In this document: positions 49,069 to 59,099 of the stretch, piece by piece
Numbering within the stretch: the first letter of the stretch is position 1
Layout of the letters: each line of letters starts with the position of its first letter
Assembly: GCA_043821645.1 (NCBI GenBank)
Contig: JBDRCO010000118.1
Location: 96,001-160,000 of the forward strand
Direction: 5' to 3'
From: Pseudomonadota bacterium
GTDB lineage: Bacteria; Myxococcota; JACRCW01; JAFGSX01
Length of the DNA stretch: 64,000 nt
Translations under genes and position numbers: made by a program
The notes under the pieces: generated by a model
Database searches by the model: none
Seen by the model: only the letters and a program-made list of their open reading frames with translations
Told to the model about the DNA's origin: nothing

Positions 49069-50297
49069 CGAGGGCATCGACAGCGCACGGGAGCGGCGGA
49101 GGCTTGGGGGCTCTGCTGAGTCTGTTGCTGGCCTGCACGCCAGGCCCCGAGCCGGGTTCCGACACCGGGGAGGTCTCCCAGGATGGCGGGGGCGTTGACG
49201 TCGGGAGCCAGGACGCCCAGGTGGATGCAGGGATGCCCTGGCGCCCCGAGGCCTCGGATTGCGCTGAGACCCTGGACAGGCTGAGCCTGAGCGCGAGTCA
49301 GCAGCAGCGCACCCTGCGCCTGGCGGACCAGGAGGTGCTGCACGCGAGCACGGACAGCCCCGCGGTGCTGGACCTGGCCATGATCGATGGGCAGCTCGCA
49401 CTGCGCGCCCTGGGTTCGGGCCACGCCACCGTGCACCTGGAGGGGGCCACGGCTTCGCAGCAGGTGCTGGTCGAGGTGACGGCGCAGCCCACGCCCTTCG
49501 GGCAGCGCGTGGTCGAGGTGCAGTACGGCACCAGCGCGGGCTTTGGACAGGGCGACATGCCCGCCATCGTGCTCGGACCGCCTCGCGGAGGTGGTGCCCA
49601 GGCCGGTTCTCTCGACGTGGTGGCGCTGGGGGTGGGCGGCCACATCACCCTCGAGCTCGGCGTCGATCTCGCAGACGGGCCCGGGCCCGACCTGATCGTG
49701 TTCGAGAACGCCTTTGTCGACGCGCTCAGCGGTGAGGTCAGCTACGTGGAGCCGGCGCAGGTGGCCGTTTCGACGGACGGAACGACCTTTGTCGATTTCC
49801 CCTGTGATCCACTGCCACCGCACGCAGGCTGCGCCGGGCTGGCACCGGTGCTGGCGCATCCGCTGTGGCCGGTGGATGCCACGGATCCGGCGAGCGCCGG
49901 CGGCGACGCCTTTGACCTCGCCAGCCTGGGCCTCGAGCGCGCGCGCTATGTGCGCATCACCGACGTCAGTCCGACCAGCGCGGGCGGCATCGCGGCGGGC
50001 TTCGACCTGGACGCGGTGGTCGCGGTGCACGGCGTGCCCCGGGGGCGTGTCGCCCTGATCGGTCCGGCCACCCTGCGGATGAACCCGGACTCCAGCGCGA
50101 CCCCGCGGCTGGATCTGCGCGGGCCCGAGCAAAGCCTGTTCGGTGTGCGCACCCACTGCGCGCTCGACGATCTGGCCGTGGCCACCCTGGAGTGCGACTG
50201 CACGCTGCGGGCGCGGTCGACCGGACACACGATCCTGCGCGCGCGGCTGGGCACGCTGTCAACGACGATCGCCGTCGAGGTGGTGGCCGGACCATGA
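49065..50297 (+). CDS. Surface lipoprotein with a BtuH-like (putative cobamide-binding) domain and Ig-like domains
   Basis: LLLA-C; VALGVGGHITL...DGPGPDLIVFENAF...EPAQVAVS...GGDAFDL...RYVRITD...GFDLDAV; GTGA overlap with the previous gene. Confidence 0.7.
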   Translation: MTRASTAHGSGGGLGALLSLLLACTPGPEPGSDTGEVSQDGGGVDVGSQDAQVDAGMPWRPEASDCAETLDRLSLSASQQQRTLRLADQEVLHASTDSPAVLDLAMIDGQLALRALGSGHATVHLEGATASQQVLVEVTAQPTPFGQRVVEVQYGTSAGFGQGDMPAIVLGPPRGGGAQAGSLDVVALGVGGHITLELGVDLADGPGPDLIVFENAFVDALSGEVSYVEPAQVAVSTDGTTFVDFPCDPLPPHAGCAGLAPVLAHPLWPVDATDPASAGGDAFDLASLGLERARYVRITDVSPTSAGGIAAGFDLDAVVAVHGVPRGRVALIGPATLRMNPDSSATPRLDLRGPEQSLFGVRTHCALDDLAVATLECDCTLRARSTGHTILRARLGTLSTTIAVEVVAGP

Positions 50298-51310
50298 TCA
50301 GATGGGTGTTCTCGAAGCCTGGACCGCGTTCGATTTTTGGACTCCAGCGGACGCCTGGGGCGTCGCCTCGTACCGGTCGCGGCGTCTCGGCGCTGGGGGG
50401 GATGGCGACCCTGCTGCTGCTCGCGGCCTGTCTGAAGAGCGCCCCGAAGGACACTGCCAGCGTCCTCGACGCCGGGGCCATGCGCGACGAGGTGCCAAAC
50501 GCCCGTGCGCCGCACTTCCTTGGCGGACGCGCCCCCACCCGCCACGCCCGGGTGGTCTCGCTGGCGCCCAGCGTGACCGAGATCGTGTTCGCCCTCGGCG
50601 CGGGGGATTCTCTGGTCGGGGTCACCCGCTTCTGCGACGAACCTGCCGCGGCGCGCGCCCTGCCCAAGATAGGCGGCTTCCTCGACCCCAGCCTCGAGGC
50701 CGTGGCCGCACTCAAGCCCGACCTGATCATCACCGTGCCCAACGGCCAGGCACGCAGCGTGACCGAGCGCCTGGCCGAGATCGGACATCCGGTGCTGCTG
50801 CTGTACGACTACACCCTGGCCGACGTGGAGCAGGGCATCCTCGCGGTGGCCCGCGCCCTCGACCTCGAGGCCGCCGGTGTCGCGCTGATCGACACCATGC
50901 GCAGGGATGTCGCCGCGGTGCGCGCCCGGGTGGCGGGCTCCGAGCGGCCCCGGGTGCTGTTCCTGTACGGCCACAAGCCGCTGGTGGCGGCAGGACCGGG
51001 CTCCTATGCCGACGCCCTGATCGAGATCGCCGGTGGCGTCAACGCCGCGGGTCGAGGCATGGCACGCTACCCCACGCTGTCGCTCGAAACCTTGATCGGA
51101 CTCAAGCCCGAGGTCATCATCGATGCCTTCCCGGCCGGCATGGGTGCCGCGCCCGAGTCCACGGAGATGGAAAACCTGTCCAGTGTCCCCGCCGTGGCCC
51201 ACGGCCGCGTCTACGCCCTGCGCGACAATGCGTCGCTGCGACCCGGTCCACGCGTCGGTGCTGACGCGCGACTGCTCGCCGCACTGCTGCATCCGGGCCC
51301 GCCGCCATGA
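50294..51310 (+). CDS. btuF: Cobalamin ABC transporter substrate-binding lipoprotein
   Basis: RVVSLAPSVTEIVFALGAG, GVTRFCDEP, LKPDLI and RPGPR; LLAA-C (true start may be 50402). Confidence 0.88.
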   Translation: MIRWVFSKPGPRSIFGLQRTPGASPRTGRGVSALGGMATLLLLAACLKSAPKDTASVLDAGAMRDEVPNARAPHFLGGRAPTRHARVVSLAPSVTEIVFALGAGDSLVGVTRFCDEPAAARALPKIGGFLDPSLEAVAALKPDLIITVPNGQARSVTERLAEIGHPVLLLYDYTLADVEQGILAVARALDLEAAGVALIDTMRRDVAAVRARVAGSERPRVLFLYGHKPLVAAGPGSYADALIEIAGGVNAAGRGMARYPTLSLETLIGLKPEVIIDAFPAGMGAAPESTEMENLSSVPAVAHGRVYALRDNASLRPGPRVGADARLLAALLHPGPPP

Positions 51311-52329
51311 TGTTCGCCCAGGGTCCGCTCACTCCCCGCCGCCTGGTGATTGCCGTCGCAGCGAGCGCGGCGCTGGCAGGACTGTGCGTCCTGCTCGCGC
51401 TGGGCCTGGGCAGCGGTGATCCGGGTTTGCTGGAGACCTTTCGCTACCTGGGTGGAGGCGAGGTCGAGGCCAGCTCCCAGGCCGTGCTGGGCATGCGCGC
51501 GTGGCGCGTGCTGCTGGGTCTGCTTGCCGGCGGCGCGCTGGCGGCGGTGGGGGTGGTGCTGCAGCTGGTGCTGCGCAACCCGCTGGCGGATCCCTACGTG
51601 GTGGGCGTGTCGGGTGGTGCTGCACTCACCGGCAGCCTGGCCATCATCCTGATCGGCCAGGGTCCCTGGGTCCCGCCCGCCGCCTTCGCCGGCGCGGCCC
51701 TGGCCACCTTCATCACCCTCGGCGCGGCGCGGGTCGGAGGGCGCCAGCCCGATGTCTCGGTGCTGCTGGTCGGCGTGGTGCTCAACTCCTTTGCCTCGGC
51801 GGTCATCACCTTCGTCAAGACCCTGGTGGCCGCATCCAAGGCACAGGAGGTGCTGTTCTGGCTGGTGGGCTTCGTCGGCTACGCGCGCCCGAGCACCGTG
51901 GGCACCATCGCGGTGGCGGTGGCGCTGTCCCTGGGCGTGCTGCTGTGGCTGAGCCCACAGCTCCACATCATGGGCCTCGGCGACGCCGCGGCAGCGCGGC
52001 TCGGTGTGCGCGTCGAGCGCACCCGGACCCTGGCCCTGCTCGCCTGCAGCCTGGCCACCGGAGCCGTGGTGTCCGAGGTCGGGCTCATCGGCTTCGTCGG
52101 CCTCATCGTGCCGCACGCGATGCGCATCCTGGTCGGTCCGGATCCGCGCATCCTGCTGCCCGTGGCGACCCTGCTCGGGGGAGCGTCCCTGGTCCTGGTG
52201 GACGCAGGGACCCGGTTGCTGTTCCGGGTCTTTTACAGCGAGCCACCGGTGGGCGCCCTGTGTGCGGCCATAGGCGCGCCGCTGTTCGTGATCCTGCTCA
52301 GGCGCCATCTGCGCGGGAGGCGCGGGTGA
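51307..52329 (+). CDS. btuC: Cobalamin ABC transporter permease (FecCD family)
   Basis: LRNPLADPYVVGVSGGA, IGFVGLIVPH and IGAPLF. Confidence 0.9.
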   Translation: MMFAQGPLTPRRLVIAVAASAALAGLCVLLALGLGSGDPGLLETFRYLGGGEVEASSQAVLGMRAWRVLLGLLAGGALAAVGVVLQLVLRNPLADPYVVGVSGGAALTGSLAIILIGQGPWVPPAAFAGAALATFITLGAARVGGRQPDVSVLLVGVVLNSFASAVITFVKTLVAASKAQEVLFWLVGFVGYARPSTVGTIAVAVALSLGVLLWLSPQLHIMGLGDAAAARLGVRVERTRTLALLACSLATGAVVSEVGLIGFVGLIVPHAMRILVGPDPRILLPVATLLGGASLVLVDAGTRLLFRVFYSEPPVGALCAAIGAPLFVILLRRHLRGRRG

Positions 52330-53093
52330 CGGCCCTGCTCGAGGCCAGGGGCTTGAGCGCGCGGGTCGGCCAGGCCGTGCTGGTCGACGCGGTGTCGCTG
52401 AGCATCGCCGCGGGTGAGCGGGTGGCCCTGATCGGGCCCAACGGCGCAGGCAAGTCCACCTTGCTCGACCTGCTGTCCGGAATCCGAACTCCGTCGTCGG
52501 GGCAGGTGCTGCTCGAGGGCCGCGATCTGGTCGAGCTGGGTCGTCGCCAGGTGGCACAGCAGGTGGCGGTGGTGCCCCAGCTCGAGGCCCTGCCCGATGA
52601 CCTGCGCGCCCTCGAGGCGGTGCTGATGGGGCGGGCGCCGCACCAGAGGGGCTTCAGCCTACCCAGCGACGACGACGTGAGCATGGCCCGCGACGCGCTG
52701 CGCGAGCTCGATCTCGAGGGCTTCGAGACTCGCGAGGTGGGCACCCTGTCCGGCGGCGAGCGCCAGCGCGTGCTCATCGCGCGTGCCCTGGTGCAGCGGC
52801 CTCGGTTGCTGTTGCTCGATGAGCCCACCTCGGCCCTCGATCTGGGGCATGCGCTGTACATCTTCCACCTGGTGCAGCGGCTCTCGGAGCAGGGCGTGGC
52901 CGTGCTGAGCACGGTACACGACCTCAACCAGGCGCCCCTGGCCGCCACCCGCGTGCTGATCCTGCATCGCGGCAAGCTGGTGGTGGACGACAGCGTGGAG
53001 GCGGCCATGCAGCCGGAGCGCCTGCGACCCTGGTTCGAGGTCGACCTGGTGAGAGGCGAGCTGGCGGGTCGCCCGGTGCTGGTGCCGGCCTGA
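52326..53093 (+). CDS. btuD: Cobalamin ABC transporter ATP-binding protein
   Basis: GPNGAGKST, LSGGERQR, LLLDEPTSALD and HDLN; GTGA overlap. Confidence 0.9.
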   Translation: MTALLEARGLSARVGQAVLVDAVSLSIAAGERVALIGPNGAGKSTLLDLLSGIRTPSSGQVLLEGRDLVELGRRQVAQQVAVVPQLEALPDDLRALEAVLMGRAPHQRGFSLPSDDDVSMARDALRELDLEGFETREVGTLSGGERQRVLIARALVQRPRLLLLDEPTSALDLGHALYIFHLVQRLSEQGVAVLSTVHDLNQAPLAATRVLILHRGKLVVDDSVEAAMQPERLRPWFEVDLVRGELAGRPVLVPA

Positions 53094-53150
53094 GTGCTCG
53101 ATGTCGTGGACGGTGTGCGCTGTGCTGGCCGCGGGGACCGGGGTCTCGCC

Positions 53151-55736
53151 TCAGGGCATCGCGGGCGCGGAAGGCTTCTCGGCCAGGCGCAGAGCCTCGG
53201 CGCAGCGCTGGGCCTTGCGCACGCCCCCGAACACCTCGCGCAGCAGCTCACCGTCGTGCAGCGTGGTTTGCAGGTTGAGGAAGCTCGCCATCTGCCCCAG
53301 GGCCAGCTGTTCGTTGTTCAACCCCACCGCGACCGCGATGATGCCGCGGTGCGCGCGCGGGCTCTGCGGGTTCAGCACCAGCGCCTGGGTGAAGTACGGC
53401 TCGGCCTCCCTGGCCTGGCCGCGGCTCAGCAGGTAGATGCCGTAGTCGACCAGCCGATCGCCGCTGGCCGCGACCTTGTTGCTGGAGACACCGGTCCCGC
53501 TGCCGTCCACGTCGTCGTCGCGAACCTCGCTGACGCCCTCGAGCTCACGGTCGCCCTCCTTCTTGAGCGCGGGCTGCACGGGCGGGCGCGCGCGTGGCCG
53601 CAGATCCAGACGCTGCGCGGCACCCGCGCCGAGGTACAGCAGGTGGGCTTGTCGCGCCTCGCCTTCGCCCATCTCCAGGACGTGGCTCCCGGCGGTGAGC
53701 AGCAGGGCTCCGTCGTCGAAGGCGCGCGTCCTGTCCTCGCCGTCCAGCACCAGGGGTTTCTTGAAGCCCAGGATCTGCAACAAGCTCAGCGAGCGAACCG
53801 TCAGCGGCTGCAGGGTGAAGCGCAGGCCGAGCTGTTCCGCGGGTTCGGGCTGCAGCATCTGGGTGACCGGCGCGCAACCCTCGAACTCGGCTCGCACCAG
53901 GTGGGGAACCCGTGGCGCGAGTTTTTCGACCACGCAGGGCGCGACGCAGCTCTCCTTGCCGTCGACCAGCACCCGTGCACTGCTGGGCACAGCTGTCACC
54001 TGAAGCTGGGCCCTTTGCAGGGGCATGGCCACGACCAGGTGGGGCAGATCGCCGGTCAAGGGGAGCTCGATGCTCTTGAGGTAGGGCTCGCGCTCGGCCG
54101 CCCGGATCTCGAGCTGCAGCGTGCCGCGGCGCTGCGGGTGCTGGTAGCGCAGCGGGGTGATGCCGACGCGGCGGCCGTCCACCAGCACCTCGGCACCCAC
54201 GGGCATGCTCTCGACGGAGAGCGCGACCTCTCGTCCCCTGAGCAACCAGGGCACACCGAGGGCGAGCAGGACCAGCAGCAGCACAGCGCCGGCGGCCCAG
54301 CGCAGCCAGGCTTGCTGGAGCAACCCGGGCTCACCGTCCTGGCTCCGGCTTGAACCCTGGGCACGGCCGATGCCCGGGATCTGCTGGCGTCCACTCAACT
54401 CGCTGCGCACCGGTGGGCGCGGCTTGCCGATCTCGAGCACGGGTGCGGCTGCGGACAAAAACAGATCCTCAGCGCGCAGAGGGCTGGCTCCGGTGGGTGG
54501 AGCCACCAGATCCCTCGCCCCGGGCGAGCCAGGTGAGGCGTGAGCGAGCACCGGGGAGGAGGCCGGGACTGCGGCGGGGGGCCACACTGCCGCCTGTGGC
54601 GTTGCAGGCCGAGCCAGCCGGTCCAGGTCGGCAAAGGCCTGGTCCAGGGCATCTGGCACGGGATCCAGTTCGACACCCGAGACGGGCCGCGGTACCGAGG
54701 CGGTTTGCGAATCCGCGGAGGTCGGTGGTGTGAGCAGCGGTGCGCTGCGATCGAACAGCGCGCTGGTGGCGAGCTGAGGCAAAGGTTGCCCGCTGTCCGG
54801 GCTCTGAATCTGGTCGCTGTGGCCCGGCAAGGTGGGGGCGTTGCCGTCGATCTCCTGTTCGGACCAGGCGGTGGGCAGCGGGCCTGCAAACGCACGCAGG
54901 GCATCGCCGAGGGCGGCGGCGGTCTGATAGCGCGCCGCGGGCTCCCAGGCCACGGCGCGCGCCACCACCTCGACCAGCGCCGGGTCGCAGTGCAGCGAAC
55001 TGCGAACGCGTTGCTCGTCCTCGCCCGGGGTCGAGGCTTGCCGCAGCGCCAGGTGTGCCTTGACCGATCGCAGGTAGCTGCGCGAAAGCAAGGTGTACAG
55101 GACCGCGCCCACGGCGAAGACGTCGCTGCGCGCGTCCACCGGTCGGTCTACGGCCTGCTCCGGTGCCAGGAAGGGCAGCGTGCCGACCACTGCGCCGGCG
55201 ACGGTCAGGGTGCCCACGTTGTCGAGCTTGCAGATCCCGAAGTCGGTCAGGATCACCCGGCCCTCGCGATCGACAAAGATGTTGGCGGGTTTGACATCCC
55301 GGTGCACCACCCCGCGGCGGTGCGCGAAATCCAGCGCCTCGCACATCTGCACGCCCACGGCGGCGGTGGCTTCGGGGGCCAGGGCTCCTCGCTGCAGCAT
55401 GTCGTGCAGGGTCTCGCCGTCGAGGAGTTCCATGGCGTAGTACAGCACGCGTCCCAGGCCAGGCACCAAGGCGCGATCGAACTCCTGCACGCGCACGATC
55501 CCCGGGTGGTGCAGCGAGATGGCCGCCTTGATCTCGCGCAAAAAGCGCTCCTCGGCGAGCTGCGCGTGCTGGCCTTCCTGTTCCAGATTCAGGGTCTTGA
55601 GGGCCACCACCTGCTGGGTGATCTCGTGCCGGGCCTCGTACACCACACCCATGGCGCCACGTCCCAGCGTGCGCAGGATGTGATAGCGGCCTATGCACAG
55701 ACCCGCCGAGGGGTCGCTGGCGGAGGTGTCACCCAC
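53151..55736 (-). CDS. Membrane Ser/Thr protein kinase with PEGA domains and C-terminal TPR
   Basis: LGRGAMGVVY, VALK, HRDVKPAN, DFG and APE; one TM segment; SMPVGAEVLVDG..G.TP PEGA repeats. Confidence 0.92.
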   Translation of the reverse strand: MGDTSASDPSAGLCIGRYHILRTLGRGAMGVVYEARHEITQQVVALKTLNLEQEGQHAQLAEERFLREIKAAISLHHPGIVRVQEFDRALVPGLGRVLYYAMELLDGETLHDMLQRGALAPEATAAVGVQMCEALDFAHRRGVVHRDVKPANIFVDREGRVILTDFGICKLDNVGTLTVAGAVVGTLPFLAPEQAVDRPVDARSDVFAVGAVLYTLLSRSYLRSVKAHLALRQASTPGEDEQRVRSSLHCDPALVEVVARAVAWEPAARYQTAAALGDALRAFAGPLPTAWSEQEIDGNAPTLPGHSDQIQSPDSGQPLPQLATSALFDRSAPLLTPPTSADSQTASVPRPVSGVELDPVPDALDQAFADLDRLARPATPQAAVWPPAAVPASSPVLAHASPGSPGARDLVAPPTGASPLRAEDLFLSAAAPVLEIGKPRPPVRSELSGRQQIPGIGRAQGSSRSQDGEPGLLQQAWLRWAAGAVLLLVLLALGVPWLLRGREVALSVESMPVGAEVLVDGRRVGITPLRYQHPQRRGTLQLEIRAAEREPYLKSIELPLTGDLPHLVVAMPLQRAQLQVTAVPSSARVLVDGKESCVAPCVVEKLAPRVPHLVRAEFEGCAPVTQMLQPEPAEQLGLRFTLQPLTVRSLSLLQILGFKKPLVLDGEDRTRAFDDGALLLTAGSHVLEMGEGEARQAHLLYLGAGAAQRLDLRPRARPPVQPALKKEGDRELEGVSEVRDDDVDGSGTGVSSNKVAASGDRLVDYGIYLLSRGQAREAEPYFTQALVLNPQSPRAHRGIIAVAVGLNNEQLALGQMASFLNLQTTLHDGELLREVFGGVRKAQRCAEALRLAEKPSAPAMP

Positions 55737-55808
55737 CCGGGTACTCCAGGGCTGATGTCGACGTGGGGCATTGTGCCACAGGCGCGCAGGTGCGAGCCAG
55801 AGGCGTGC

Positions 55809-57176
55809 TCACTTGCCGATGCAGAAGCGCTCGAAGATGGCGCGCAGCGTGTCCTCGCCGAGGTCGCCGCCGACGATGTGCTCGAGCGCGCGCAGGCCGC
55901 GGCGCAGGCTCTCGGCAACCAGCTCCGGGGCCTGTGCCTGGGCCAGCTCCTGCCGAGACCTCTCCACCCACTGCGCGGCCTCGTCGAGGAGCAGGGCGTG
56001 GCGCTGCGTCGTCACCACCCAGTCGCGAGCGAGCAGCTCGGCCGGTGCCCGGGTGCGTTGGGCGATGCGCGCCCGCAGCAGCTCCAGCCCCTCCCCGGTG
56101 AGGGCAGACACGCGGCAGCCGTACTCGCCCAGCGCAGCCCACACGGTTTGGAAGCCGCGATCGCTCTTGTTGAGCACCACCAGGTCGCCGGGGCGCGCCG
56201 CGTCCATCGCGCGCAGGGTGTCGTCACTGGCTGACAGACTGGCATCGATGACGATCAGGCACAGGTCTGCACTCTCCACCGCCCGGCGCGCGCGCACGAG
56301 CGCCTCGGCCTCGATGTCGTCGACCGCCTCCCGCACGCCGGCGGTATCGACCAGGATCAGCGCCTGTCCGTCGACGGTGCAGCCGTGCTCGAGCACGTCG
56401 CGGGTGGTGCCTGGCGTCGCATGCACGATGGCGCGATCACTCCGCGCGAGGGCGTTGAGCAGGGTCGACTTGCCCGCGTTGGGAGGGCCGGTCAGCACCA
56501 CCCGTGGCCGTTCCAGCAGAGCCTGCGCCCCGTGGTGGGTGGCGCGAAGCTCGGCGAGGGCCTCGAGCAGAGCTGCGAGTTGCTGCTGCAGCCGCGCGCT
56601 GTCCAGTGTCACCTCGTCGTCGCCAAAGTCCAGGCTCGCCTCGATGGCGGCGAGGACCTCCACGCCGAGTTCGCGCAGGGGTGCGAGAGTCTGGGCGGCC
56701 GAGCCGCGCAGCGCGCGTAGGGCCAGGGTGCGCGCGGTTTCGCTGTCGGCGGCCACCAGTTGTTGCACCGCCTCGGCCTGGCTCAGGTCCAGCCGCCCCG
56801 AGCGCAGCGCACGAAAACTGAACTCCCCGGGCTCGGCCAGGCGCGCACCGGTGGACAGAACGGCCTCGAGCACGCGCCGGGCATTGAGCGTCCCGCCGTG
56901 CACCTGCAACTCGAGCAGCTCCTCACCCGTGTAGGAGCGTCCCGCCTCGAACCAGGCTGCCAGGCCCTCGTCGAGCAGCGTGCCGTCGACGGGATCTCGC
57001 ACCTCGCCGAGGCGCAGCCGGGCGTGGCTCCATGCGCCGGCCTGACGAGGCACGAACACCATATCGCGCAGGGTCCGCACCGCAGGCCCCGAGGCGCGCA
57101 CGATGGCCACCGCGCCCGGACCGGTGGCCGTGGCGACGGCGGCGATGGTGTCGCGCGCGCGCAGATCCATCTTCAC
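55809..57176 (-). CDS. mnmE: tRNA modification GTPase MnmE (TrmE)
   Basis: DTIAAVAT, SYTGE, PGEFS.RA, GPPNAGKSTL, GTTRD, DTAG, NKSD and FCIGK. Confidence 0.97.
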   Translation of the reverse strand: MKMDLRARDTIAAVATATGPGAVAIVRASGPAVRTLRDMVFVPRQAGAWSHARLRLGEVRDPVDGTLLDEGLAAWFEAGRSYTGEELLELQVHGGTLNARRVLEAVLSTGARLAEPGEFSFRALRSGRLDLSQAEAVQQLVAADSETARTLALRALRGSAAQTLAPLRELGVEVLAAIEASLDFGDDEVTLDSARLQQQLAALLEALAELRATHHGAQALLERPRVVLTGPPNAGKSTLLNALARSDRAIVHATPGTTRDVLEHGCTVDGQALILVDTAGVREAVDDIEAEALVRARRAVESADLCLIVIDASLSASDDTLRAMDAARPGDLVVLNKSDRGFQTVWAALGEYGCRVSALTGEGLELLRARIAQRTRAPAELLARDWVVTTQRHALLLDEAAQWVERSRQELAQAQAPELVAESLRRGLRALEHIVGGDLGEDTLRAIFERFCIGK

Positions 57177-59056
57177 GGCGAACGCTCGAGGCGCAGCAAG
57201 GCGATGGCCACCACGCTGAGCGCGGCGTGGGTGACGCCGGGGATGCGGGACGCCTGGGCCAGGGTGCGTGGCCGGATGCGGCTCAACTTCTCACGCATCT
57301 CCGCGGACAGCCCACCCAGCACCAGATAATCCAGCGCGTCCGGGATGGCCTGCTGCTCCAGATCCTGCTCGCGAGCCCTCGCCAGGCGCGCGTGATCCAG
57401 GTAGCCCTGGTAGCGCAGGTCTGTCACCGCGCCGAGCAGCACCACGTCGTCATCGTCGACGAACTCGGGGGCCAGACAGCGCAGGGCGGCGAGATCCAGC
57501 TCGGGACGACGACACAGCTGGGCCAGGTTGCCCGGTGCCGTCAGCGGCGCCGAATCACAGGCGCGCAGGATGGCATCCAGCTCCGGCGAGGGCGCCACGC
57601 TGCGCTGCAGCAGTGCCTCGCTCACAGCCGTGCGGCGCTGTACCCGCTCCCGTCGCCGGGCGCGCTGGGTCGCGTCGAGGAGACCGGTCTCTTCGGCCAG
57701 CTCGAGCAGCCGCGGCAACACGTTGTCTTCGCGCAGCAGCAGGCGGTGCTCGGCGCGCGAGGTCAGCATGCGATAGGGCTCGTCGGTGCCCCGGGTGACC
57801 AGGTCGTCGATCATGACCCCGATGTAGGCCTGGTCGCGGCCCAGGATCAGCGGCGTGTGCTGCCAAAGGTGCCGCGCGGCGTTGATCCCAGCCACCAAAC
57901 CCTGCGCCGCGGCCTCTTCGTAGCCGGAGGTACCGTTGATCTGCCCGGCCAAAAACAGCCCCGGCACGCGCTTGGTCTCCAGCCAGGGCCACAGCTCGGT
58001 GGGCGGCACGAAGTCGTACTCGACGGCATAGCCCCAGCGCCGGACCCGGGCCTGTGCGCAGCCCGGAAGCGAGCGCACCATGGCGAGCTGCAGGTCCGCC
58101 GGCAGCGAGGTGGACAGCCCGGACAGGTAAACCTCGCAGCTGTCCTGGCCCTCGGGCTCGATGAAGATCGAATGCCGCTGCTTGTCCGGAAAACGTACCA
58201 CCTTGTCCTCGATGGACGGGCAGTAGCGTGGTCCGCGGCCGGCGATCTGACCGTTGAACAGCGGCGAGCGCGCGAGGCCGTCCTGGATCAGAGCGTGGGT
58301 CTCGGCCGTGGTGTGGGTCAGGTAGCAGGGCAATTGCGGCAGTGGTCGCGTCGCGCTGTCGACGGAGAACAGCGGTGTCGAGGGTTCGGGATCCTGGCGC
58401 TCGAGCGCGCCGACATCGACGCTGCGGCCATCCAGGCGCGGGCAGGTGCCGGTCTTGAGCCGGCCCAGCGGAAAGCCCAGCTCGGCCAGGCTGCGCGACA
58501 GGCCGCTGGCCGCGGGCTCGCCCATGCGCCCGCCGGCGTGCGACACCTCACCGACGTGCAGCAGCGCCCGCAGGAAGGTGCCCGTGGTCACCACCACGGC
58601 GCGCGCCGTGAACTCCTCGCCAAAGGAGGTGCGCACGGCGGCGACGCGCCCGTCCTGGACCAGGATCTCCTCGACCAGGCCCTGGCGCAAGATCAGCCCC
58701 GGTGTGCGATCGAGGAGCGCGGCCATGTGCTGGGCATAGGCGAACATGTCCGCCTGTATCCGCGTCGAGCGCACGGCCGGGCCCTTGCTGTGGTTGAGGG
58801 TGCGTGCATGCAGGGTCACCTGATCGGCGATGCGGCCCATGGCGCCGCCGAGAGCGTCCAGCTCGCGCACCAGCTGGCCCTTGCCCACGCCGCCCACCGA
58901 GGGGTTGCAGCTCATCCAGGCGATGCGGTCCAGGTTCGGCGTCACCAGGGTGGTGCTCAGGCCCAGCCGCGCGCAGGCCAGGGCGGCCTCACAGCCGGCA
59001 TGGCCGCCACCCACCACCACCACGTCGCTCGCTTCGCGGATCACGGGCTGTGTCAT
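57173..59056 (-). CDS. mnmG: tRNA uridine-5-carboxymethylaminomethyl synthesis enzyme MnmG (GidA)
   Basis: VVGGGHAGCEAA, MSCNP, LKTGT, GPRYCPSIEDK, AGQINGTSGYEEAAAQG and YRMLTSRAE. Confidence 0.98.
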   Translation of the reverse strand: MTQPVIREASDVVVVGGGHAGCEAALACARLGLSTTLVTPNLDRIAWMSCNPSVGGVGKGQLVRELDALGGAMGRIADQVTLHARTLNHSKGPAVRSTRIQADMFAYAQHMAALLDRTPGLILRQGLVEEILVQDGRVAAVRTSFGEEFTARAVVVTTGTFLRALLHVGEVSHAGGRMGEPAASGLSRSLAELGFPLGRLKTGTCPRLDGRSVDVGALERQDPEPSTPLFSVDSATRPLPQLPCYLTHTTAETHALIQDGLARSPLFNGQIAGRGPRYCPSIEDKVVRFPDKQRHSIFIEPEGQDSCEVYLSGLSTSLPADLQLAMVRSLPGCAQARVRRWGYAVEYDFVPPTELWPWLETKRVPGLFLAGQINGTSGYEEAAAQGLVAGINAARHLWQHTPLILGRDQAYIGVMIDDLVTRGTDEPYRMLTSRAEHRLLLREDNVLPRLLELAEETGLLDATQRARRRERVQRRTAVSEALLQRSVAPSPELDAILRACDSAPLTAPGNLAQLCRRPELDLAALRCLAPEFVDDDDVVLLGAVTDLRYQGYLDHARLARAREQDLEQQAIPDALDYLVLGGLSAEMREKLSRIRPRTLAQASRIPGVTHAALSVVAIALLRLERSP

Positions 59057-59099
59057 TGCCTCGCCCATCGCCCCCGTTCGCGAGAGCGAGCCGCCGTGC

